Shown: one piece after another, positions 36,906-50,416 of the stretch
How positions within the stretch are numbered: the first letter of the stretch is position 1
Layout of the letters: each line of letters begins with the position of its first letter
Source: Lama glama
Lineage: Eukaryota
Assembly (NCBI GenBank): GCA_028534125.1
Contig: CM052817.1
Coordinates: forward strand, 104,286,001 to 104,350,000
Reading direction: 5' to 3'
Length of the DNA: 64,000 nucleotides
Translations under genes and position numbers: made by a program
Notes under the pieces: model-generated
Told to the model about the DNA's origin: nothing
Seen by the model: only the letters and a program-made list of their open reading frames with translations
The model's database searches: none

Positions 36906-39089
36906 CCAGAGCCTAATTATTTTTGGAAGGAAGTTTGTATTTACTACTTTGTAAAAGAACATAGAAGGCAAAAAACAAAACAAAACAAAAATCGTGTTCA
37001 AAATATTGTTGGGCATTCTTAAATTTATTTATCATAAGTTGGTATGATAATACTTAAATACTTAATTAACTATTGATACTTAATACTTTAAAAAATTAAT
37101 ACTTCATTTATACTTGAAAAAATACTATTGAATTACAGGCAGTAGAAAGCGCCCGTGTCGTTCTGGGCCTCACATTGCTAGAGATCTTCAGCCAGCCCAG
37201 AGTGGGGGTGTCCTCGGACCTACACACTGACACTCCCCATCAGTCTCCTCTTTTTCCTGCACTTTGTACAACCCCACATCCTCAGCCGTCCACATCCAGG
37301 GTGGAGACCACCCTTGGGAGGGCAGCCCTCGTGGCTGATGTAAAGGGTTCGGTTGTTCGGTTGCCAGGCGTTCAGACTGAAAGCATCTCCCAATCTGACG
37401 ATTTTTACTTCCAGCTTTTTAACTGGCACCATTTACAAGGAATCTTACCAAAGACAGGGGGAAAAAAAGTGGAGTTTCATAGAAGTTACTGAACTCAGTG
37501 AAAATCAGTCATTATTTATACAAGTCAGTCCTTAACATTGTTAAATTATATTTTTATTTAAAAATCTTTTGACCAAAAACTTACCACATATGTCGTATGT
37601 GTGTTTGATTTTTATATGACTTATGTGTATAAGACATATATATACACATGTCATATACAAAAGTAATAGAAGCAAAAGAAAAGAAAAAATATATGTATCT
37701 TTTGCACATAATAATACAAGGCTCATGTAGTCCTGGCTTTCGATATGAATTGTGACCTTTTCTCTGACTTATTCTGAAATCATGGAGGACTTTATGATAA
37801 CAGAAAGTGGACCAAACAGCAATTTAACATTTTCGGTTCTTGGGGAAATTTCCTCTTACCAAAGAGATGGGCAGAGCTGTTATGACCAAAGTGCTCTTTT
37901 GAAATAAACAGAGAAAGTGTGAAATATTACAGATGTCATTATAAAATGCAAATATCATGGCAGAGTGGATTAGACGTTGAGGCCCCAGCTGGGTTTTTCT
38001 TGAACGTATTAGTTTAGAAAGATAAACGCCGGTAAGAAGTTTTTCTTGATACCGTTAGTAAACCACTTTGCAAGTTTCCCAGAGAATATGTATGAATTGG
38101 CTTCACGGTAAGGAAGCATTTTTAAATTTTAAATTTTAAACCGTGTGCTAATTATCATGTGTAGGATTAAAGTCAGGGAGGGGAGGCAGAATGAAAGCTG
38201 GGACTCATTGTAGAGATGCAAGGGGAAGGGGGCAGGCGGAGGGAGGGGACAGGACTCGGTGTGTCTGGGATGAGGTGGCGGCAATCACGCTGAGCTTTGA
38301 GGTCCCATCTCTGTGTGCAATGGGTGAGGTGGTCTGATCTGGCTTCCACCCAACCTCATTTTCTCCTTAAATACCAGCGTGGATGTGATCACATTTCCAC
38401 GTGCCTTCCCCTCACTTCCCCGTTTCCCATCACGTCCCCATTTCCCATTTTCTAGACCTCCTCCGAGTGGTATCCGTGCTCTCTCTGACTCGGAAAAACA
38501 CTTCTGTTGAACAATGCTTAATTTCCAAACCACTCGTGGAAAAGATGTGCTAACTGATACTCCTGGTTGAAATTTCCTTTCAGCTGTAGCATTTCAAATT
38601 CAGGCTGCAGAACTCCTGCTAAACTAGGTCAATCAAGCTGGGGCAGAACTGTCGATTAGGTACTTGAATCAGAAACGCTTATCTTGAGAAGCCAGGTAGT
38701 TAGGTAACCGTGGAGAAGGGACGGCCCAGGCGGTACACGATCAGTGAAATGGATGCTTTATTTTATGGGAGCAAGAGTTATTACTGGGTTTTGGTTAGCT
38801 GTGGGTTTTGTTGCAATTACATCACCTGGTTGGAAATGTTTCTCAGTATCTGCCTGTAAGTAATTTTTTTCCTCTCTCTTTCTCAAAATCCTGTCACAAA
38901 ATAGCAAGACAGGAAACCATCAGTGCAGGAAATATGTGTGGGGCTCAGGGGAGAGAATCTCAGGAAGAGGCCGAGTTTTGCTCTGATTACCCAGAGACTC
39001 TGACTAATCACTTCAGAGTCAATTCTGGAATTCAGAAGCAAAAGTTTGGAAAATCCTGTTAGAAAAGTATTAAACTATTGCATATAACA

Positions 39090-40180
39090 ATTTTATAATA
39101 AAAATAGTGAATACTTATTGGAGAAAACAAAATCATAAAGAAGCAAATAAAAATTACCTATGATCTTACTACCCAGAGTTGACTATTCAATTTTGTGTAT
39201 ATTTATTTACACTATTTTTCTTTATCTGGGTTTAACATAGTTGAAATAATTCTACACGTAAAATACTATACTTTACTTCTTTACAATGAAGAAGAGCAAT
39301 TTTTGTAACTTTACTATAAATTCTTCATTAGCATTATTTCAATAGCTAAATAATATTATTCAATGGATATGTCAAATTTTATTTAACAACACCCCCGTTA
39401 TAATACATTTGGATTACTTCTGGTTTGTCACTTCCACAAACATCCTTAGGCATAAAAATTCTTTGGGCAATTTTGATTAGTTTCCTGGAATAGATTCCTA
39501 GAAATGAAGTTATAAAATGATAATTGGAAGAAAGATTGTAAGGACAGCTTGGAACAAGTACTGAATTGCTTTCAAAATAGCAGTTTACATATTCATAAAA
39601 TGTGTATAAATACTCATTTCCCCTGTAAGCATGTCTGTGTGTGTGCATATAAATTATAACACACACATACATAGTATGTCACATCTGACTAAAAGCTATA
39701 ATTTAGCTTACATTTTTTATATTGTGATATATTTAAAAAAATTTTTTTTGCCATTTATGCTTTTTCTTTGGGAATTGTCTGTTTATATACTTGACCCAGT
39801 TTAATACCAGGAATATTGTGACCATCCTTTATCAATTTACATAACCATTTTACAGACTAATCACTTTTTGAAAATTTTAGTAAATATGGTGCTATGTTTG
39901 TTTATTCCAATTACCTTTTTTTGTTTAAGATTGTGACAAACTGAAGTGCTGATTATTTATGTTTTTTTCCATTTCATTGGATATGTCCTTCGTATCACCT
40001 TTCATCTTTAAGCTTGGGAAAAATTTTTTGCATCTTGATACTTATGAGATATACTTTTTGGCTTTCTTCTTGATTTTATTTATTTATTCATTTTTTACAT
40101 TCATCTTCTGAATCCATTTGGACTTTAGCTGGTTGAGCAAATTTTATTAGTCTGAAACAGTTTTCTTGTGAATGATCACC
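39090..40180 (-). mobile_element. Old L1M (L1MC/ME-like) 3' remnant
   Basis: aaaattacctatgatcttactacccagag; catttggattacttctggttt; ttagtttcctggaatagattcctagaaatgaa. Confidence 0.65.
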
Positions 40181-41603
40181 CTGTTTTGGACTAAAGTGGG
40201 CAGGTTTACTGAGCTGTAAAATTGGGAAAGGAAACATTGTACACAGGGAGGACAATCAGAATCAGATAGGATGCTTCCCCCCCCCCCCGTCTCTCCTGCT
40301 CTCTGCATGCTGCTTTCATTTTCCCCTCCCCGAGGGGGTAATGGTGACCATCTATTTATATCCGCAGAGCTTTGCCACCAGAGAGCGAGTCCCTCCCTGC
40401 TAAAGCTTTGCTTAAGGAAGAATGTCGGTTGTCACATCACTGGTTACATGTCTACCCTGGTGGACAAAGGACCAGGGTACTAGGATGCATAGTCCCCACT
40501 GGATCCCATGGCTGGAGCTGGCCGGGAGTGATCACCCAGAAAAGGAGGATGCTGTAATTAACAGGAAACGGGAAGGTGCTGGATGGACAAAAAGGGACCG
40601 GAGCTCAGAGGTGGGACTATGACTCCCATTCAATGTTCTGCTTCAGTTTGTCTGCCTGTTTGGAGTTTATAGGGGTTGCCAGTCATGCTGTCATCCCTCT
40701 CACTCTTTCCCTCCCCCCAGAATGGGAGACCAACTGCCTGAGAAAGAAAGGAGAACGTCAGACAGGTGGCAATGAAGACATTAATACATTGCCTGTAAAG
40801 TTGACTGGAGAAAACAACGTACCTACTTGCCCTGCAGTTGGGTCTGTAGGTGTAGCTCCTAAATGGAACTCATCCTTTGTTGCTACAGGCATGCCCCTAG
40901 TAAGGACAGGGCCCCCGCGGTGAGCCTAGGGCGTGGATGAACAGAGAGTCGCAGCATCCCCCAAGGACAGGCACTTCCACACCTGCAGACTGTTCCCCAA
41001 GAAAGTGAATGAAATGAGATGAGAAGTAGGAGGCTCTCTGCAGAGTCGTGCTGTTTGAGATGGGTTGGTGAAAGATGAAGCATCCTCAAAGAGTCTTCCA
41101 AAATATGGGGGTAAAGGATTTTGACAAAGTAAGGGGAAGACAAGGAAAGAGAGGCTTCCACGGGCGAGCCTCGTGTTGGTGCGGTGTTGGGACCCGTTTC
41201 ACCACCATCCCCGCGTTGCTCCGCAGCACTGGCCTGCCGGTGCAGAAGTCACAAAAGCCTGAGGGCAGAGAGCACCCGGGTGCTCCAGGCGGCCACGCGT
41301 GTGTCTTCACCAACACAAAGGAAGTTTGGAGCCTCAGTCTTATCTCTTCAACCTCGTGTCCTCACATGCTTATTTTTCAATGAGGAAGATCGAATCGAAA
41401 TTTGATAGTTAACCTTTTTTTTTTTTTCATGCTGCCTCTGCTGTGCAGTAAGAAACACTACATTTAATTTTGGGAGTTCAAAAATGTCGTGCCAAATTTT
41501 GCTTTGCAACAGCTGCTTTTGAGTTGAAGAATGTTTGAACTTATGTCTTTTAGAAACTATAGTTTTAGGTTTTACTAGTTGGCAACTTGGTGAATCTTGA
41601 AGG

Positions 41604-41605
<2 letters not shown>

Positions 41606-41643
<38 letters not shown>
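41606..41643. repeat. (GT)n microsatellite
   Basis: Perfect GT run. Confidence 0.97.
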
Positions 41644-41645
<2 letters not shown>

Positions 41646-42055
41646 ACAGATTCCCATCTTATCTTCATGGATAATGCTGCGTCTGGGCCATTATCCAAAG
41701 GTGAAAAAAACAGGCTCTTCCAAGTCTCCTTGGGAATGCATAACTTTATTATGATCTTCTTTCAAAACTGGAAACACTGAACTTTCCAAAAGTGTTGTGT
41801 TCTATCATTAAATTGAGTGATTTGAAACACAGAAGACTAAGAGGGGATGAGAGTTAGCCACACGGCTGAAAATGAAGGCAGGGCAGGGGGCAGACCAGAT
41901 GGGAATGCTTTGAAGACAAATGGGGAGGCTCAAATAACTCATTTCTTCATTTGTATTGTTTTAATGCACCAGCTAGCAGGCATTAATTAGTATAACCTTG
42001 GATTTCTACTCTGTGAATGACTCCTTCACCTTTATATGGACTGGATTTGTTTGGG

Positions 42056-42202
42056 TTTTTTTTTGAATAGTTTTAATAATTTTTTAGGGGAGGAGGTAAT
42101 TGGGTTTGTTTATTAATTTATTTTGAAGTGGAGATACTGGGGACTGAACCCAGGACCTTGTGCATGCTAGGCAGGCACTCTACCACTGAGCTACACCCTC
42201 CC
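42056..42202 (-). mobile_element. Camelid SINE (Vic-1-like)
   Basis: gaggtaattgggtttgtttatt...tactggggactgaacccaggacc...ctctaccactgagctacaccctcccc. Confidence 0.92.
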
Positions 42203-42386
42203 CTCTGGACCGTTATTTTGTTGTAGTTTTAGAACTCTTGGAGATAAAGCCTCTTCTACAGGAGAGTTTTTATTCTGTTGATTTAGTCTGATGGGTTTTT
42301 GTTTCACTTAATTGACAGTTTAATTACTGAAAATTGATTTCTCTTCTAGACCTTCTCATATTCTTTTAGTGCAATATTCTATTGAA

Positions 42387-42573
42387 CAGTGGTTTGCAAA
42401 CTTCGGTGTGCTTCAGCATCCGCTGGAGAGCTGGTTAAAACATCCCGCTTATCCCCAAGCTTAGCGTGTCTGATTGAGGAGGTCTGGGTGGAACCTGGGA
42501 ATTTGCATCCCTATCGAATTCCCAAGGTGATGCTGACGGTGCCGATCTGAGAGCTGCACTTGGAGAACCAGTG
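42387..42573. mobile_element. MER5A hAT-Charlie MITE
   Basis: TIRs cagtggtttgcaaa / tggagaaccagtg; internal gaatttgcat...ttcccaaggtgatgctga. Confidence 0.85.
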
Positions 42574-43647
42574 CTGCAGAAAATTGACTGTGACTCAGAA
42601 ATGGAAGCACTTGATGTGATTACTTTTCAGATACTTCAGTTCTTGGTTTTAAAGTCAGCTGAGTCTCTAGATGCTGGGTGCTTAAAGTTAGAAATTTGTA
42701 GGACCCAAGGGAAGATGGTTTTATTAGTGAGTGAGGATGTTATGAGTAGGGCTGTTCTCACTCTATAATGACAGTTCTTTAAACAGATCTTCCACTACTG
42801 TCTTAGTTTGACTCAAGAGCTGCTTCTCAAAGATGATTTTTGCTCAATCCAGAGTGCACTTGAAGCATGAATCTGCATTGTAAGGTCATACTGAAAATAA
42901 ACAAAAAGCGTTGCCTGCCATGTTGCATGTTCTAAGAAGCATGCTTTATAAATCAGCTATTGTTTCAGCTGCAGAAATCAGAGATTCAATGCTTGGTGCG
43001 CAAGTGATTCCAAACAATTCTTCCAAGGTGATCTCTAATATGTTTGTAAGTATAAAAACCCATTAGATAGAAATGTTTTGCTAAAAGACACTCTTGACTT
43101 TGCGATTGGGATTAGAGAGTGAATTTACTTCCCACCTCCCCCAGCCCACATGGAGTTAAAATGAAAAGATACAAAAGGCCATTACATTGGAGGAAAAAAC
43201 TGACTTAATCTTCAAGTAGAAATGCCTACCACCTTTTACTCGCCATATAGGCATCTCAGGTGGCACTGTGCTTGAGCCGCATACAGAGAATTACTTGAAG
43301 GAATGTGTGATTTCAAAGATAAGAGCTACTGAACGCTCGGTGGGTCTAATTAGAACGCAAAGTTTAGAGACGTCTGTGAATTCAGGAGACAGAACTGGTA
43401 TATCTTTCAGGTACATGTCTTACAATGAGAAAATATTCTTTTAAAATAATTCAGAAGTAACTTTACTTCCCACTGATGTAGAGCTACGAGGACCACTTCT
43501 TCCAGAAATTCCAACTGGGGATTTTAGCGAGAATTCAAAAGACAGAAAGTCTAGAGTCAGAGGAAGTACTTTAAAATGAGGCTTATAGGGTGAGTCAGGC
43601 AGTCAATGTGTGTGTCCTTTACCACCTGAATGTGGCACATGGAGTCA

Positions 43648-44695
43648 TTTTTTTTTTGATTGAAGTATAGTCAGTTTACAATGTGTGTCAATTTCTGGTG
43701 TACAGCATCATGTCTCAGTCATACATATACATACATAAATTCCTTTTCATATTTCTTTTCATTATATGCAAGATACTGAATACAGTTCCCTGTGCTATAC
43801 AGAAGAAATGCCTTTTTATCTGTTTTACATATAGTAGTGTGTATATGCAAATCTCAAACTCCCAGTTTATCCCTTCCCACCCCTTTTCCCCCTTGGTAAC
43901 CACAAGTTTGTTTTCTACGTCTGTGAGTCTGATAAGTTCATCTGTGTCTTTTTTATTTCAGATGAGTGATATAATATGGTATCTTTCTTTCTTTTTCCAG
44001 CTTACTTCACTTAAAATGACGATCTCCAGGTCTATCCATGTTGCTGCAAATGGCATTATTTTATTATTTTTCATGGCTGGGTAGTATTCCATTGTATAAA
44101 TACACCACAATTTCTTTATCTAGTCATCTGTCGATGAATATTTAGGTTGTTCCCACATCTTGGCTACTATAAGTGCTGCTGCTATGAACACTGGTGTGCA
44201 TGTATCTTTTCAAATTAGAGTTCCCTCTGAGTATATGCCCAGGAGTGAGACTGCTGGAAGATATAGTAACGCTATTTTTAGTTTTCTGAGGAATCTCCAT
44301 ACTGTTTTTCATAGTGGCTGCACAAAATTACATTCCTATCAACAGTGTAGGAGGGTTCTCTTTTCTCCACACCCTCTCTAGCATTTATTGTCTGTGGACT
44401 TTTTTAATGATGGCCATTCTGACTGGTGTGAGGTGATACTTCACTGTAGTTTTGATTTGCATTTCTCTGATAATTAGCGATACTGAGCCTTTTTTCATAT
44501 GCCTATTGGCCATTTGTATGTCTTCATTGGAGAACTGCTTGTTTAGGCCTCCTGCCCGTTTTTTGATTGGGTTGTTTGTTTTGTTTGAGTTGTATGAACT
44601 GTTTGTATATGCCGGAAATGAACCATTTGCAAACCTTTTCTCCCATTCCATAGGTTGTCATTTTGTTTTGCTTATGCTGTCCTTTGCTGTGTAAG
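43648..44695 (-). mobile_element. 5'-truncated lineage-specific L1 (~1 kb)
   Basis: Poly-T, antisense 3'UTR and an ORF2 C-terminal remnant ([34 protein letters not shown]). Flanks share tcattttt. Confidence 0.95.
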
Positions 44696-45094
44696 AAATC
44701 ATTTTTGTAGGTGACAGAGAATTTCTAACTCAGAATTAGGGTAGTCGGGAAAATGACTTTCTATAACAATTCATTCCCTGTGATTAGAGCAAAGCACCTA
44801 GATTTCTTTAACTGATTCATCTCATCATTCTCACCAGAGGAAAGAGCTACTTTTAAAAAATGTACCCTTTTTTAGAAATAAAATAAGATCCAGTTAGTGT
44901 TATTTGCAAAGTTACAGAGTACAGGCTCTGGGCAAATCAAGGGAAATTTCGGTCAATGGTTTCCTCTCAAGAACTAAATGTATCTAATGTATGTCCAGAA
45001 TTACTTTTGCTTTCCAATGGCAAATACCTTCTCTCCATTACAAAGAAATCCTCTTTAAAACACTTCTGTAAATAATCCTGAAACTTATAAACTG

Positions 45095-45435
45095 GATACT
45101 GAGTTTGGACATTAAAACAAGGAAAGAAAAAGACACACATGCAACAGCACAGATGACTCTCAAAACTTTATGTTGAGTCAAAGAAGCCAGACACAAAAAA
45201 GTGTAGCTGTTGTTATTCTATTTGTAGGAAGTTAGAGAAGTATGAGTAATAGTCACCTCTTAGAAAGAAGGGTTGACCAGGATGAGGAAAGATCAAGCAC
45301 ACGTTGCTGGAAATGTGTATGTTGGTCTGACTGCACACATGGGTGTACAAAACGTACAAATGTACTATTTCACCGTGCTCTATGCTTAAGATTAGTACGG
45401 CTCACTAAATTCAGGGTGTACCTTAATGAAAAATC
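45095..45435 (+). mobile_element. Old L1M 3' end
   Basis: cacatgcaacagcacagatgactctcaaaac..tatgttgagtcaaagaagccagacacaaaa. Confidence 0.75.
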
Positions 45436-45779
45436 CATCAAAAGCAAGTCACTGTAGGTAATTCAACTTGGCTGAACTCAAAATATTTAAATAAAGCATC
45501 TTGTAAAGAGAACAAAAATCAGGTTTTGCATAGATTTTTCAGGAAACTGGTAGGTAGACAGATGTCCAGGGACAATTTTCTTCAGAAACTGCTGCATCAA
45601 ATATTACAGCCTGTCTGTATGTTAACTTCCAGGTGATTCCAAATAGTCCATTTGAAATCTTCCCAAGATCAACAATTCATGGATTGTTGGTGATTTAAAA
45701 ACAAAAAAAAATTTAGGGTTTATTCTTTATAAGTTCTGGGTAAAAGATAAGTTAAAATGCACAGGGCTGTATGGGTTTT

Positions 45780-45807
45780 TTTGTTTGTTTGTTTGTTTGT
45801 TTGTTTT
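45780..45807. repeat. (TTTG)n microsatellite
   Basis: Direct repeat. Confidence 0.9.
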
Positions 45808-46749
45808 GGCTTTCTTTAAAAAACAAAGTACAAACTTCGTTCTCTCTCTAGCTCCTGAGTGGCACAGTGATGGTATTACAGTTAGATCCCTTAAGAATAT
45901 CCAGTGGAAAGATGTGAACTTTAGCGTGTTCTGTGAGTTATGGACATGAGCTGGTATTTTTCCCGTGAGTATTTCAGTTCATGGTACAGGGCTGGTCTGC
46001 AGGATTTAAGAGGAAAATCTTTGATTTCAGAGGCACCTTGGACTTCTTGGTTATTATCTGTTTATTGGCTGATGTGAAAGGTAGCCTTTTCCCCTGGAGT
46101 TTGGAGAGGCTGAAAACATCTTACTCGTCTTTCCTGTGATGGAACATCTGTGATGGTATTTTTATTTAAAAAGTTTTCAGTTTCCTTTTGCAATGATTCT
46201 TGATGGTCTGCGGAGTCAGAAGGCTTTATCTTTGAAAAATCACTTTAAAAAGCCAATCATGTCATGATAATTATCTGAAGCCCCCATACCAGAGGCTACT
46301 TGGTTTTGTCTTGCTTAAACGTAGTGAAAAGGAAGTCGAATATATTTTATCAAAGAATATAGCCTAAAATTATGTTTCTGTATTTTTTTATTGTTACCAG
46401 AATTTTCTGTGTGTACAACTATTGAGGAGTTGGGAGAAAGGTGTTGTGTATGACAGTGCCTATTAATTTGTATTTAAGATATTATAATAAAGATACCTAG
46501 GAATTATATGTTGGGTGTTTTAATAAAATAGAGTAGCAGAGGAAAGTGATGTTGAGGAGAAAAGACAGGATATGTGCCAATAAAATAAGAGAAAATACTG
46601 GTTTACAGTTAATAACATAATTTAAATTAAAATAATGAAAATTAATACTATTATAGTTTTTTAGTTTAATTCTTCATCATTAAAAAAATCAAATAATAGT
46701 GAGAGCCTCATTTTTAAGCTTTGTAAAGATACTACATGTTTAATTTTTT

Positions 46750-47015
46750 GGCAGATATTAACTACCATATATAAATTAGATAAAAAATCAAATTTCTTCT
46801 GTATAGCACATGGAACTATATTCAGTGTCATGTAGTAACTGTAATGAAAAAGAATATGAAAACAAATATATGTTTGTATTGTATGACTGAAACATTATGC
46901 TGTACACTAGAAATTGATGCATTGTAACTGACTATAAATCTAAAAAAATAATTTAAAAAATCTTTAAAAATCTTTAAAAGTTTAAAAATAAAAACATAAA
47001 AATAAAATAAAATAA
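46750..47015 (+). mobile_element. Short L1 3' end with patterned A-tail
   Basis: caaatttcttctgtatagcac...gctgtacactagaaattga...; same family as 18156-18533. Confidence 0.88.
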
Positions 47016-47599
47016 GAATTTTTTTCTTAGAATCCAGTGAAAAAAATCAAATATTAGTAAGTCTGTACATTTATTTTTTATTATTAAGTCTCAATTGAGG
47101 CTTATATTTATAGAAAAAAGAGTGGGAAAGGAAAGCAGTAAAATTTGGCTGAAGCCCCTTGATTTTGAACCTGGGTTGCAGAAAATGTGGCCATTCTAGA
47201 TCCTGTATTCTTCTCTTCCAGAGGAAATAATAGAAAGAGACAAAGTCCCTACTGAAGAACTGAACACTTCATTAATTTTTTTTTAATTTAAACTTAATTA
47301 AATATTTTTATAAAAATTAAACTATTTGCAAGAAAAAGGCTTATATACCTTTTTACATGCTAGTTTACACTTCCCTGATTTAGCAAATAGTTAAATCTAT
47401 TTAAATATTTTGTGTCTTTTTTTAATATTCTCAGATATATTCACTTTTAGAAGGATACACAACAATTTTGTACACATGCTAAAAAATGTACTTTTTTTTT
47501 TTCATTAAAGCTTAGGCATGAAGGAGCATCCAGAGACAATGCTTTGTCAGAATCATCAGATGTTATTCATTGAGAATCTCTTGGAAGAGACACTTACAT

Positions 47600-47792
47600 G
47601 AGGGCTATCCCACAGAACTTCTGTCATGGTGGAAATGTTCCATGTGCACCATCCAAATAGAGAGCTGCTAGCCACGTGCAGCTACTGAGCATGTGCAATG
47701 GGCTAATACAAATCAGAGACAAAATATTTTATTTTATTTAATGTAAATTTAAATGTCAGGTGGCTGGTTGCTGTGGTATTGGATAGTACAGC
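47600..47792. mobile_element. MER3 hAT-Charlie MITE
   Basis: agaacttctgtcatggtggaaatgttc...ctagccacgtgcagctactgagca...gtggctggttgctgtggtattggatagtacag. Confidence 0.85.
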
Positions 47793-48479
47793 TTTAGATA
47801 CAAAAAATCATGTAGAGAGCTTCCATGAAGACAGCAGTACCCACCTGACAGTATTCCCGGGAAGTTAAATGACCTAAAATAATGACGTGTATACATAGTA
47901 CCCGGTGCAAACTAGATGTTGTACATCAGTCACTTTCCTTCCTTTCCTTGTCTAATTCAATGCTTAGCCATTACAGCTGCTCCTAGAGATATGCTGATTT
48001 TTCTCCTTTTTTAAAATCATTTGTTTTATGTTCTCCCTTTATGTTCTCCTAAAATTCTCTCTTACTCTCTCCGTGTTCAACTAAGCAGTCCATCTTACTT
48101 CTACTTATCCGCTCTTTTGTTTACTCCTTCCCTTCACGATGGGAAAGGCTACTTAACAATTACTTCTCTTTCCCAAAATGCTCCATCCGGAGTGTAAGTA
48201 TGATCTGGAAATGAACTTGCTTGATTAGAATTTGGCATTGAGTGTGGGGCACTAAGTCTACCCTGAGAACATGGAACTATCACCCAGACCTCATGTTACT
48301 TAGTGGTTCAAACACGCCCTCAGAGTGAGACTCAAATGTAAACTGATACTATGTTAGAAATGGTCCCTAAGTGCAAATACATATACACTCCTGAAGAATG
48401 CGTCTTCAGCTGAGGCCTCCAAGAACTTCCAAGTTAAAGTTTCAAGAAACATGAGCTTAGGGATTCGAATTATACACAA

Positions 48480-50128
48480 ACACGCAAGCTCTCACATGGA
48501 TACAGGCAAGAAGAGACAAAGACAACAGAGTAAGGCCCAGAAAATTTAGATGTTGAAATGGCCAAGCACAGAGTATTAAAGATCTACAAGTAATATGTTT
48601 TTTAAAAACATAAAAGAGAACAGGAAGTTATGCATAAGAAAGATTTATAAAAAGATGCACAGACATAGAAAAGAATCAAATGAAAGTCTATAAACTGAAA
48701 AATACAAGTAAGGCTAAAAACTCAACAGACAAATTAAAATGCAGATTAAATGCAGCCTGAGAAATTAGTGGAGTCCAAACCAAATGCCCAAAATGCAGCA
48801 CAGAGAAAAATAAGTTAGAAAAGAAATTTTAATCAAAATGGAATAATGTGAAAATGTCTAATATATTTCTATATAGAGTTCTGAAAGGAAATATTAGAGA
48901 GAAAAGAGATATATTAATATTTGAAGAGATAAATTTGGCAACTTTAAGAATTGTTAAAAAGTACTAATCCCAGATCAGGAAGTTCAGATAATCTCAGATG
49001 GAATAAATACACACCAACAGACAGACAGGCAGACACACGCACACACACACACCCCCACATCACAGTGGAGCTGCAACACCAAAGACAGACAGAGCTTAAA
49101 GAGACCCACAGAGAAGAGAGACAGACCACTTATAAAGGACCACAGACTTCCTGATAGCAAGAATGGAAGCTCTGGGCAGTAGAAAAATATCCTCAATATA
49201 TTAAGAGACAAAAATAAACAACTCAGCACATACAAAATACATTTCAAGAATAAGAGTGAAATTAAGACAGAGGGAAATAAAGGATAGAATTTGCTACCAA
49301 CAGACCATTATGAAAGGAAGTTCTCTGACATGCCTCTGACAATTAGAAAATAATTCTAAACAGGATGTCTGAAATACCAGGAGGAATTAGACATAAAGGT
49401 GTGAGATGCGGTCAGATCTAAAACATTCTCAGGCCGCTTATTAATCAGAAGGAAGATAAATAATGTGCTATACTTCATACTGTATTAAGTAGGAAGTTTA
49501 AAAGAAAAGAAAAAGAATAAAGAATGTAATCTCCAAAGAGTCAAAGAGTGAAGGAAAAAGAATAGAATGAGAAGAGAAGTAATCTAAAACAAGTCCAGAA
49601 AAAATTAGGAGAATAAATTAAAATGGCAAAATACATATAAATAAAATAGGCTCACTGATGAAAAGAGAAAAATTGTCAGACTGTATAAAACATGCATAAA
49701 TACAGTGATGTGCTATTTTTAAGAGCTCCACCTGAAACTTGACACAAAAAGGGCAAAGACGTGAAGCAAACATCACCGCTTTAACCTTTCCCTGTTCTAG
49801 GCTACAACAAAATAAAAACAAAAACTGATGTAGCCATAGTAATATCAGACAAATTAGACTTCAAGTCAAATTCTTGCTAGAAGTAAGGCCTGACTACATA
49901 TTGATAAAAGTTTCAGTTTCCTAGGAGAATGTGATCATTACAAATTTATGTACATTAAGTATTCTTCACAACTTGACAGAATTACATGGGGTAGTTGATA
50001 AATCATCATCATAAAGGAAAAAATTTCACACACTCTGTTAGTAAATGATAGATGAAAGGAAAAGGTAATGAAGTTAAAAAAGACCTAAACAACATAATGT
50101 GAGTATTTAACAAGACTGCATTTCTATG
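48480..50128 (+). mobile_element. Old L1M (L1ME/MD-like) ORF1 to early ORF2 remnant; host of the Tigger1
   Basis: A-rich sense L1 (aatgcagcacagaga; tatttgaagagata; tagtaatatcagacaaattagacttcaag). Confidence 0.75.
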
Positions 50129-50416
50129 CAGGCATACCTGATTTTATTGCACTTCCCAAATGCTGCATTTCTTAAAAATTGAAGGTTTGTGGCAACCCTG
50201 TGTTAAGCAAGTCTGTTGGCACTGTTCTTCCAACAAAATTTACTCACCTCATGTCTCTGTGTCACATTGTGGTTATTCTTGCAATATTTCAAGCTTTTTT
50301 TCATTATTATTACATTTGTTATGGTGCTCTTTGATGTTACAATTGTACTTGTGTTGGGGTGCCATGAACCGTGCCCACATAAGATGACAAGCTTACTCGA
50401 TAAATATCATGTGTGT

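Noticed and set aside
38222..38248. G-quadruplex-like run ggggaagggggcaggcggagggagggg
   Set aside because: One loop is 8 nt, and such motifs are common in mammalian DNA with no supporting context here.
41668..41697. 9-bp hairpin tggataatg / cattatcca
   Set aside because: Several stems of this length are expected by chance in 64 kb.
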